Source: a virus. From it: 64,000 nucleotides of DNA. A model generated the notes under the pieces. It was not told the origin of the DNA. It searched no databases and was given only the letters and a program-made list of their open reading frames with translations. Positions 16,598-24,447 of the stretch are shown piece by piece. Within the stretch, counting starts at the first letter, position 1. Each line of letters starts with the position of its first letter. A program made the position numbers and the translations under genes. The stretch is from the IMG/VR virus record IMGVR_UViG_3300045988_056849. The stretch is one strand, 5' to 3'.

Positions 16598-17998
16598 ATG
16601 GCAACGAAAATGAATGCAGCAACAGCAAAAAGAGTGAAGGCGTTAAAGATTAACGCAAAGAACGAAGAAGAAGCACGTGAGAAACTTCTTGAAATCTTGG
16701 TAGAAAACGGAATTGAAGGAATGGAGGAAGAGGAAACTGATACCCTTCTGGACATTGCTGAATCCTTCGTGGAAGACGACAACTCAGGCGATGACGAGGA
16801 ACAGACCGAAGAGGAAGAAAACGATGAACTTGCCGAGGAAGTTGAAGAAGAGGAGGAAGAAAACGATGAACTTGCCGAGGAAGTTGAAGAAGAGGAGGAA
16901 GAAAAACCGAAGAAACCTGCCAAGAAGGCTTCTAAAAAGGTTGAAGAGCCTGAGGAAGAAGAGGAGGATGACGAAGAAGAAACCGAAGAGGAGGAAGAAG
17001 ATGAGGACGAGGGTGACGAGTTCGCAGAAATGGACAGAACAGCTCTGAAAGCCTACATCAAAGACAATGAGCTTGACATTACCGTTAAGAAGTCTATGAC
17101 TGATGACGATATTCGTGAGGCTATCCGTGCCGAAGTAGGAGAAGATGAGGACGAGGACGAGGACGAGAAACCTGCACCGAAGTCAAAGGCAAGCACGAAA
17201 ACCGCTGAAAAAGCAGCTCCGAAGAAAGAGGATAAGAAAGCTGCTGCACCTGCTAAGAAAGCGGAGAAGAAAGAAACAAAACCTGCTGCCGGCAAACGTG
17301 GAACAAAACTTGACCCGAAGAACAACGAAGATGACCGCAAAGCGTTCGCACCGTTGAAGAAGTTGTTCCCTGAAAGTGAATACGCATATGCTTGGGTAGC
17401 GAGTGCGGGCGTAACTATCAAACACAAAGGCAAAAACTCTCAGCGTTCTATGGTTCTTATCGAGAACTGCTCAAAACAGGCTGACGGCTCTATCAAGTGT
17501 AACTTGTATCTGTTGACCTTCACTAAACAGACCGAGATACTGGACAAAGCAGGTATTGACTACGAGCCTTGCTGGAGTGGAGCACCTCTTATTAAGGGTA
17601 TTACTCTTGATGAAGCTATTGAAATCATCACTGACCTTATGGAGCATATTACGGCAACCGTTCAGAAAATCGACAAGAAGCTGGGCGAAAACCGCAAGAA
17701 AATGGAAGAGAACTTGGACAAAAAGAAACCTGCCAAGAAGTCAACCAAAGTAGAGGAGCCTGAAGAGGAAGAAGATGAGGACGATGAAGAGGAGGAGGAA
17801 GCTCCAAAGAAAAAGACGTCCAAAGCTGCTCCTGCAAAGAAGGCTGCTAAAAAGGTAGTTGAGGAAGATGACGAAGAAGAAGAGGACGATGAGGAAGAAG
17901 AAGAGGACGATGAGGAAGAAGAAGATGAAGCACCAGCTCCGAAGAAGAAAGCTGCTTCAAAATCGGCTCCTGCTAAAAAGACTACCAAGAAGAAATAA
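16598..17998 (+). CDS. Poly-acidic / histone-H1-like (K/A/P-rich) protein with HeH-like module and a central globular domain
   Basis: 466 aa. It has long E/D runs, 'KPAPKSKASTKTAEKAAPKKEDKKAAAPAKKAEKK' and a C-terminal 'APAPKKKAASKSAPAKKTTKKK'. The module 'MDRTALKAYIKDNELDITVKKSMTDDDIREAIR' is shared with the 24448 ORF. Confidence 0.6.
   Translation: MATKMNAATAKRVKALKINAKNEEEAREKLLEILVENGIEGMEEEETDTLLDIAESFVEDDNSGDDEEQTEEEENDELAEEVEEEEEENDELAEEVEEEEEEKPKKPAKKASKKVEEPEEEEEDDEEETEEEEEDEDEGDEFAEMDRTALKAYIKDNELDITVKKSMTDDDIREAIRAEVGEDEDEDEDEKPAPKSKASTKTAEKAAPKKEDKKAAAPAKKAEKKETKPAAGKRGTKLDPKNNEDDRKAFAPLKKLFPESEYAYAWVASAGVTIKHKGKNSQRSMVLIENCSKQADGSIKCNLYLLTFTKQTEILDKAGIDYEPCWSGAPLIKGITLDEAIEIITDLMEHITATVQKIDKKLGENRKKMEENLDKKKPAKKSTKVEEPEEEEDEDDEEEEEAPKKKTSKAAPAKKAAKKVVEEDDEEEEDDEEEEEDDEEEEDEAPAPKKKAASKSAPAKKTTKKK
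16817..16900 (+). repeat. Perfect 42-nt tandem duplication (encodes ENDELAEEVEEEEE x2)
   Basis: gaaaacgatgaacttgccgaggaagttgaagaagaggaggaa occurs at 16817-16858 and again at 16859-16900. Confidence 0.9.
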
Positions 17999-18023
17999 AC
18001 CTGATTGGTAAGCAATAGAGAAG

Positions 18024-18058
18024 AAGGAGAGCGTGTTGAGCGTTCTCCTTTCTTTTTC
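18024..18058 (+). terminator. Rho-independent terminator
   Basis: Stem aaggagagcg (18024-18033) pairs with cgttctcctt (18041-18050, one G-U), followed by tctttttc. Confidence 0.75.
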
Positions 18059-18074
18059 TCCCATAGTTACTAAG
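18058..18074 (+). promoter_or_regulatory. Class II motif copy a: CTCCCATAGTTACTAAG
   Basis: One of four copies of (TTTTT)CTCCCA(T/A)AGTT(A/T)... Each lies immediately 3' of a hairpin and 15-32 nt 5' of a start codon. Confidence 0.45.
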
Positions 18075-18104
18075 GGAGAAGAAACGAAAAGAAAATTTCA
18101 AATA

Positions 18105-19355
18105 ATGATTGATATGAATATTCCGAGTAACAATGTTTGCATTCCTGAGTTGGGAGTAGCAAAAACAGAGACCTTTGCAGCGTTGTACCCTGCTATCAAT
18201 TACTACCTGTTCACCCAGAAGGACTACGAGCCGAGCCGTGACGGAGAAGTTAAGGAGGTGCTTGATTTTAAGACGCAGTTGACCAATCCTTATCGTAGAT
18301 GTGTAGGAGGTTACGAGCGTGATATAAATGTGTTCTTTTTATTGGCTGAAGCGATGTGGATAGCAATGGGAAGAAAAGATGTTCACTTCTTGACTTTGTT
18401 TAATAAGAAGATGGCAGACTTTTCGGATGATGGTGAAACGTTTCACGCTCCTTATGGTTATCGGTTACGTCATTGGGGCATTCGCACCGAAGACAAGTTT
18501 GTAAAAGATAACTTGGACGCAAGTAAGGGGTATGACCAAGTAATTGATGCTATCAAAATCTTATCTGAAAATCCAAACAGCCGTCAGGTAGTTATGGAGA
18601 TTTGGAATCCAAACTTTGACTTGGGATACAAAACCAAAGACATTCCGTGTAACGACATAGTGATGTTGAAGATAAGAGAAGGGAAACTCATCACGACTAT
18701 CGGAAACCGAAGTAATGACCTTCATTGGGGATTGCCGACAAATATCTTCCAATTCAGTTTCTTGACCGAGCTTATGGCGGGTGCGTTGGGCGTAGAACTT
18801 GGAACGCAAACTCATAACTCTCAAAGCCTTCATATCTATGAATGGAACAAGATTGCTAAAACTATGAGCGACTTGTATGCCGAGAAAAGAGGAGGTGGAA
18901 ACGTTATCGGGAATATGTATGAGGATTGCGAAGCCCAAGAACGTAGAATGGATTTCAACTTCAGTCACGAAGTAGCCGTCAACCGTTTCCGTGAGATTGA
19001 ATATAACCTTCAAATCATTATTGATAACCTTATCCGAGTATCGGAGGGAGAAGAGCCGATTGAGGCTGAAATCCAGCAGTTAGCAGACTTTTCTACTTAT
19101 CTGTATAACTCTTACCGACTTCTGAAGATATATTTGGAATACAAGCTGAAAATGACCGTTCTCAAAACTCCTGACGAGAAAGATGTAGCACGTCATACCG
19201 CTATTTCTGAAATCGAAGTCTTGGAAGCTAATATGGAGGATGATAGCGGAACAGGTGCTATGGGCTACAATTGGGATATATCTATGCTTGCTAAGAACTT
19301 CTTTGCCGCAAGGTTATCTAAAAAAGTAGAACATGAATATCTTGGTAAGCTATGA
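18105..19355 (+). CDS. Thymidylate-synthase-family enzyme, divergent and extended (416 aa); candidate dUMP hydroxymethylase or ThyA
   Basis: TS blocks: 'APYGYRLRHWG', 'SRQVVMEIWNP', catalytic Cys in 'DIPCNDIV', 'NRSNDLHWGLPTNIFQFS' (Asn at the pyrimidine-specificity position, as in dUMP-binding enzymes), 'SLHIYEWN'. The ORF-track GTG at 18033 lies inside the terminator, so the first ATG, 18105, is used. The stop overlaps the dnaE start (ATGA). Confidence 0.7.
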   Translation: MIDMNIPSNNVCIPELGVAKTETFAALYPAINYYLFTQKDYEPSRDGEVKEVLDFKTQLTNPYRRCVGGYERDINVFFLLAEAMWIAMGRKDVHFLTLFNKKMADFSDDGETFHAPYGYRLRHWGIRTEDKFVKDNLDASKGYDQVIDAIKILSENPNSRQVVMEIWNPNFDLGYKTKDIPCNDIVMLKIREGKLITTIGNRSNDLHWGLPTNIFQFSFLTELMAGALGVELGTQTHNSQSLHIYEWNKIAKTMSDLYAEKRGGGNVIGNMYEDCEAQERRMDFNFSHEVAVNRFREIEYNLQIIIDNLIRVSEGEEPIEAEIQQLADFSTYLYNSYRLLKIYLEYKLKMTVLKTPDEKDVARHTAISEIEVLEANMEDDSGTGAMGYNWDISMLAKNFFAARLSKKVEHEYLGKL

Positions 19356-22300
19356 CGGAAACATTATCAAAATGGTTAGAAGAAAACAAAATGGTAGTAT
19401 CGGAGTCAGAATTGGATGGCTCCGATATTATTACCATAGAGGAAGTTGGAACATTCCTTTACCTTCAGCCGTTTGACGGGAAAATAATTGATGAAGATTT
19501 TGCCTTTATCCTATCTGATGAGGAGTTTGATATATTGGATGAAAAGAAGGTAAACTACATCTTGTTTGAATTTGGAAGCAAGTTCTATTATTCAGGCATC
19601 AAGAAAGACAAAAACCGTTACAACGAATTGGTATTCAAGCCAGAGTTCAATGACTTCAAATATCTTGGTAAAACGAGCGAGCCGAAAGTCATGGACTTCG
19701 TACACTTGGGGGTACATTCGGAGTATGAAATGATGAACGGTTCAGGCTCCTGCGAGACATGGGCGAAGAAAGCGAGCTTCATGGAATGCAAGGCAGTTGG
19801 TATTTGCGATAAGAATACTATGGCTGGAGTTCTTTCGTTTCAGACTGCTTGCGAAAAGAAGAAAATCAAATCAATAATCGGAGAAACTGTCACCGTGGCA
19901 ATCAATTACTCCGAAGAAAAACAAAACCAAGAAACCTTTGAATTGAAGTTCTTCATCTTGAACTACGATGGTTGGAAGAACTTATTGCTCATCAATAAGG
20001 CTATAAACGTAGATTACAATGGATTCATTCCTGACACGCTTCTTTATACGCTGGGGAAAGGACTTTGCTGCGTAGTGCCGAAGGAGAGCGAATTGAACTA
20101 TGTAAAGGACGACAAGAAAGCTGCTATAAAACTTATAGCAAAATATAAGAAAGTATTTGACCAAGTGTTTTATCAGATAGACACGGTTGAGTACGTTTCA
20201 CAACAACTATTCCGAAAACATCTTGAGAATATAGACACGTATCTTTGTAACTATCGAAAGATGTTGAAGCCTATCTTGATAAATGATTCATATTATCTTG
20301 ATAAGGAAGAAAGCGAGTTGAAGTCAATTCTCAATAAAGTAAACAACAAAGCTACACCAGAGTCAAATGACCAATACTTCAAGAGCGTAGCTGATACCAT
20401 AAACGCCTACGAAGAATGGATTGAGAACGTAGAGCCGTTGTTTGAGGCAATTGTAACTGGTATAGAGAATGCTTCAAAGCTATCCGACTCCATAGACTTC
20501 CGTATAAACACAGGAGAGCGTAAACTGCCTCATTTTGAGGTTAAGGATGTTGAAGGTGCATTCTTTGAGGAATTGGAGAAAGGTATCAACGAACGTCTTG
20601 GTCATCTGAAACCGAAAGAGATGAAGAAGTACATGAAGCAAATTGAAACCGAGTGTTCTGTAATAGTTCCGAACGGTTTGTGCGACTACTTCATGATACT
20701 TTGGGATATTATCAAATGGTGTCACGATAATGATATCAACGTAGGAACAGGACGTGGTTCAGTTTGCGGTAGTCTTGTTGCTTATTGTTTACATATTACA
20801 GATGTTGACCCATTGAAATATGGATTGATGTTTGAGCGTTTCTTGAATGAAACACGTGTATCGGGAGAGCGTGCGAAGTCTGCTGACTCTATGCCTGATA
20901 TTGACGTTGACTTCCCAACCGAGTTCCGTGATGCAGTTAAAGAGTATATCAAAAACAAATACGGATATGCTTACACTTGTAGTATCGGAACGTACACGAG
21001 AATGAAGCTCAAGACTTGTATCAAAGACTTCGGAAAGGTCAAAGGACTTTCGTTTGATATGACCAACAAACTTACGAAGGATATTGACGACCAGATTGAA
21101 TACACTTGGGGAGACTTGATTGAATATGCTTCAAAATCAAAACTGCTTTTCAAATTCGTTCAGGAAAACCCAGAGCTGGTTCACTTGACGAAATATGCTT
21201 TGCTCCAGCCGAAAGCGGAGAGTGTTCACCCTTCTGCTGTCGTTATAGTACCGAAGCATAGAGTTGATGGTAGCAATGCCGAGATTGACTTGTGGGAGTG
21301 GATGCCCGTCAAAAAGATTGATGGAGTGTTAGTATCGGAGTGGGAAGGTAAATACATTGACAAATCAGGCTTCTTGAAGGAGGATATTCTTGGATTATCT
21401 CAGCTTGATAAGTTTAAGAGTATCTTGACTTTGATAAAGAAAAACACGGGCAAAAGTATAGATGTAAACAAGATACCGTTGGATGATGAAGCGACATTTC
21501 GATATTTCAAGCGAGGGTGGAATGAAGATGTGTTTCAGTTCGGTACAACTGGTTTGATGAACTATTGCCGACAAGTGAAACCTGATACGCTTGAAAACCT
21601 CATAGCCATGACGGCTCTATTCCGACCTGGCCCAATGGAAATGAACGCCCATGGTGACTTCTCTGATATTAAGAATGGCAAGAAGAAACCTGTGTATGAC
21701 TTCGGGATGGAAGAGATAACAGGAGAAACATATGGGCTGTACGTTTACCAAGAGCAGATAATGAAAGCCGTTGTAGTAGGAGGATTGACCGAAGTTGAAT
21801 CAGATGTTCTCCGTACTACTATCAAAAAGAAGGACGTGAAAACGCTATCTTCATACGGTGAGAAGTTTAAGACTGGATATGCTAAGTTGCTTGAAAAGAA
21901 CGGTATTGAGAAGCCGAAGGAATATGCCGAACATGTTTGGGATAAACTTCTTGCCTTCTCAGGTTACGGTTTTAACAAGTCTCACGCTGCGGCTTATTCG
22001 ATAATGTCGTATTGGAGTCAATGGTTCAAAGTGAACTATCCATTAGAGTTTTGGACAACGGCTCTTCAATTCTCCAAAGAGGGTGAAGTACCATACCGAC
22101 TTGCCGAGTTGAAGAAAACAGGCGTTGAGGTTGAGATACGTCCACCTGATGTAAACTTTTCCGATATAAATTTCACGTGTGACCCGAAAGAACAACGTAT
22201 CTTCTTCAGCTTGACGAAAATTAAAGGAGTAGGAGAGGTAGCAGTTCAGAATATCATGAATACAAGGCGTGAAGGTGGGCAATTCTATTCGTTAGAAGAG

Positions 22301-22942
22301 TTCCTGAGCCGAGTACCTTCAAAGGTGAATAAAACTGTTGTAAAATGCCTTATAGTGGCTGGAGCGTTCGACCTTCTTGAAGGTATCAAAAATCCAAGAG
22401 ATAGAAAGAAGCTATTGGAGAAGTATCTTGATATGAAAGGTGACACGCTATCGGAGGAGTATTCAACGCCAGATAGTAACTCAAACGCTTTTTGGATTTT
22501 GGAACAAAAACGTCTTACTGGTTTTGGAGAGGTTGATTATGAAAACATGATAAAGGATGCTATACCAAATAAGCGACTTGCTAACATCTTCGTGAATGAC
22601 GTAGAGTTCTTGGCTACTAAGGAGAAGAAGGAAGTTGCTATTGCTGGCAAACTTATCTACTATAAGGAAAAGGACATCAAGACTGGTACCATGTGTACTT
22701 TGAATATAGATTGCAACAATACGATTATCCCAGTACTCATGTGGCCAGATGCTTATGAGAAGATAGGAGAAAATATTGCTGATATAAAGGGATGCGTTGT
22801 TGCCCTAAGTGGTACGGTTGAGAAAGATACTTGGAAAAACGAGAAGAAACTGTTCAGTAACAACAGAACAAAGTTATATGTACTGTCCTACCATAAAACT
22901 AAATCAACAAGGTTTGATGATTGGAAAAATGGTAAATCGTAA
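19352..22942 (+). CDS. dnaE: DNA polymerase III alpha subunit (DnaE-type C-family replicative polymerase) with N-terminal PHP domain
   Basis: 'GVHSEYEMMNGSG' (PHP), 'GRGSVCGSLVAYCLHITDVDPLKYGLMFERFLN', 'MPDIDVDF', 'GFNKSHAAAYSIMSYWSQWFKVNYPLEFW'. 1196 aa. Confidence 0.9.
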   Translation: MTETLSKWLEENKMVVSESELDGSDIITIEEVGTFLYLQPFDGKIIDEDFAFILSDEEFDILDEKKVNYILFEFGSKFYYSGIKKDKNRYNELVFKPEFNDFKYLGKTSEPKVMDFVHLGVHSEYEMMNGSGSCETWAKKASFMECKAVGICDKNTMAGVLSFQTACEKKKIKSIIGETVTVAINYSEEKQNQETFELKFFILNYDGWKNLLLINKAINVDYNGFIPDTLLYTLGKGLCCVVPKESELNYVKDDKKAAIKLIAKYKKVFDQVFYQIDTVEYVSQQLFRKHLENIDTYLCNYRKMLKPILINDSYYLDKEESELKSILNKVNNKATPESNDQYFKSVADTINAYEEWIENVEPLFEAIVTGIENASKLSDSIDFRINTGERKLPHFEVKDVEGAFFEELEKGINERLGHLKPKEMKKYMKQIETECSVIVPNGLCDYFMILWDIIKWCHDNDINVGTGRGSVCGSLVAYCLHITDVDPLKYGLMFERFLNETRVSGERAKSADSMPDIDVDFPTEFRDAVKEYIKNKYGYAYTCSIGTYTRMKLKTCIKDFGKVKGLSFDMTNKLTKDIDDQIEYTWGDLIEYASKSKLLFKFVQENPELVHLTKYALLQPKAESVHPSAVVIVPKHRVDGSNAEIDLWEWMPVKKIDGVLVSEWEGKYIDKSGFLKEDILGLSQLDKFKSILTLIKKNTGKSIDVNKIPLDDEATFRYFKRGWNEDVFQFGTTGLMNYCRQVKPDTLENLIAMTALFRPGPMEMNAHGDFSDIKNGKKKPVYDFGMEEITGETYGLYVYQEQIMKAVVVGGLTEVESDVLRTTIKKKDVKTLSSYGEKFKTGYAKLLEKNGIEKPKEYAEHVWDKLLAFSGYGFNKSHAAAYSIMSYWSQWFKVNYPLEFWTTALQFSKEGEVPYRLAELKKTGVEVEIRPPDVNFSDINFTCDPKEQRIFFSLTKIKGVGEVAVQNIMNTRREGGQFYSLEEFLSRVPSKVNKTVVKCLIVAGAFDLLEGIKNPRDRKKLLEKYLDMKGDTLSEEYSTPDSNSNAFWILEQKRLTGFGEVDYENMIKDAIPNKRLANIFVNDVEFLATKEKKEVAIAGKLIYYKEKDIKTGTMCTLNIDCNNTIIPVLMWPDAYEKIGENIADIKGCVVALSGTVEKDTWKNEKKLFSNNRTKLYVLSYHKTKSTRFDDWKNGKS

Positions 22943-22959
22943 ATTAAAATTGGTAAATT

Positions 22960-23613
22960 ATGTTAGCGAAAATTTTCAACGGAGCTTATCTGAAAAGGCT
23001 TGATAACATCAAGCAATGGCAAGAAATGGACGTTTTCAAAGAGGAAAGCGTGAGTCAACATTCCTACAAAGTATCAATCTTTGGAAGGATATTACTTGAA
23101 GACATATTCGGGTTTGATAACGAGGATGCAAAAGTATTGGCGTTCAAACTTGATTGCGTAGATGCGTTTGCGTTCCACGATTGGGATGAAGCGTTGATAC
23201 TCCGAGATATGTCGCATGAAACGAAGTACAACAATTATAACGGTACGGAAATCAGAACGGCTCTCAATAACCTATCAAGGCATAAAGCAATTGAGGAGTT
23301 CGGAGAAGATGACGGAAACAATTGCGGTAATTGGAGCGCAACCGCTAATATGGTTGTTGGTAACATTACACGTTCAGGGGATGATGTTAAAATCTTTTGT
23401 AAACTGGCTGATTGGTTAGCTCTTGCCTTCTATATGAAGAGAGAACGTGAGCTGGGTAACAAGAGCCTAAGTGCCCAATGGGAGCGTGGTAAGGAAGGAC
23501 TGGAACAGGCGGTTACGAATGTAATTGAAATGTTAAATAGAAAGTTTGAAGGTTATTCTTTGAACTTCTCAGAATTAAATAACTTAATCAAAAATGTGTA
23601 TGGCGAACAGTAA
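22960..23613 (+). CDS. yfbR: HD-domain 5'-deoxynucleotidase, YfbR-like
   Basis: Collinear with E. coli YfbR: 'YLKRLDNIKQWQ', 'ESVSQHSYKVS', 'FAFHDWDEALILRDMSHETKY', 'CKLADWLALAFY'. Confidence 0.7.
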   Translation: MLAKIFNGAYLKRLDNIKQWQEMDVFKEESVSQHSYKVSIFGRILLEDIFGFDNEDAKVLAFKLDCVDAFAFHDWDEALILRDMSHETKYNNYNGTEIRTALNNLSRHKAIEEFGEDDGNNCGNWSATANMVVGNITRSGDDVKIFCKLADWLALAFYMKRERELGNKSLSAQWERGKEGLEQAVTNVIEMLNRKFEGYSLNFSELNNLIKNVYGEQ

Positions 23614-23623
23614 AGGGAAGGAG

Positions 23624-23899
23624 ATGACCAAAGAGAGCATCGATGGCATCTTCGATGGCATGAACGAATTGCTGGTAAAAAAGAACCATGATTACAAGGG
23701 AGCTTCTTTTGACCTTGGGCTGAATGGTAATATGGTTCATCTATGGGACAAAGTTAGTAGATACCGTAACATGGTGGAGAACAAGATGCGTGGAGAACAA
23801 CCAAACTTCGAGGGCATTGAAGATACGTTGAAAGACATTATCGGATATGCGGTGATTGGGCTCCATATCTTGAAAGCCGAAGAAAACGAAAAGGAGTAA
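23624..23899 (+). CDS. Small all-helical protein resembling DUF1599 / MazG-like nucleotide-metabolism-associated proteins
   Basis: 'KKNHDYKGASFDLGLNG...LWDKVSRYRNM...DTLKDIIGYAVIGL' matches the K..DYG...G...DK..R...D...D...YA pattern I associate with DUF1599. ATG 23624 is the first start after the upstream stop. Confidence 0.4.
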   Translation: MTKESIDGIFDGMNELLVKKNHDYKGASFDLGLNGNMVHLWDKVSRYRNMVENKMRGEQPNFEGIEDTLKDIIGYAVIGLHILKAEENEKE

Positions 23900-23903
23900 A
23901 ACG

Positions 23904-24425
23904 ATGAACAAGAAACTCATTACAATTGGTGGTAAAACTTACAAGTTGTTGTTCGACAGCTTTGATGAGGATATGGATATTGATTCTTTATTAAAGATTG
24001 ATTATTCAAACCTTATCGGAGAACTTATCACCTTCCCAGTAATTGTAAACCGATTTGGTCAATTACTTGCTGAAGCTGAATCTCAAGTCGCAGAAGCTAA
24101 ACTCAACTTGGAAGTGTTTGAAGCTAAAACCAAAGAGAGATTGAGAAGTGAATTAGCAGCCGAAAATAACGGCAAAGCTCCTACTGTCGAAGCTCTCAAT
24201 AATGCGGTTGTAGGCAACAAGGCTTACCAAGCAATGAGAAAGAAGTTCATTGAGGTTCAGAAAACAAGAGACTATATCAACTCAATCTTTTGGTCAGCCA
24301 AAGATAAGAGCGAGAAGCTGGACAAACTTTCTCTCACCGTTCAGCAAGGTGATATTGCTGATTCGGTTATCGAAGGGAGAGTGAACAACGTTTTAATAAA
24401 AAGAACGAAAAAATTGATTGATTAA
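23904..24425 (+). CDS. Coiled-coil protein, possible UvsY-like recombination mediator (position-based)
   Basis: 173 aa, helical/coiled composition, directly upstream of the SSB-like and RecA-like genes. Only weak pattern resemblance to T4 UvsY. Confidence 0.3.
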   Translation: MNKKLITIGGKTYKLLFDSFDEDMDIDSLLKIDYSNLIGELITFPVIVNRFGQLLAEAESQVAEAKLNLEVFEAKTKERLRSELAAENNGKAPTVEALNNAVVGNKAYQAMRKKFIEVQKTRDYINSIFWSAKDKSEKLDKLSLTVQQGDIADSVIEGRVNNVLIKRTKKLID

Positions 24426-24447
24426 CAATAAATTGTAGATTACAAAA

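Noticed and set aside
16522-16923. Minus-strand ORFs rich in poly-Ser: 16522-16923, 17053-17433, 17662-18015 and 25071-25781 (up to 236 aa)
   Set aside because: They are the antisense reading of GAA/GAG/GAT-rich acidic coding runs on the + strand (TCC/TCT/TTC gives Ser/Phe). The composition is pure low complexity, and they overlap well-supported + strand genes completely.
16713-17048. Alternative + frame ORFs rich in Lys/Arg (16713-17048, 17145-17357, 42470-42802)
   Set aside because: These are frame-shifted readings of the same GAA/AAG-rich repeats (GAAGAA gives KK/RR). They are nested entirely within longer ORFs that have globular domains and proper boundaries.
18033-18104. ORF-track start codons (GTG) at 18033 and 35840 that extend the TS-like and macro-like genes upstream
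   Set aside because: Both GTGs lie inside the stem-loops of intrinsic terminators (18024-18058 and 35845-35879). The first ATGs downstream (18105 and 35918) give proteins that begin where the conserved sequence begins.
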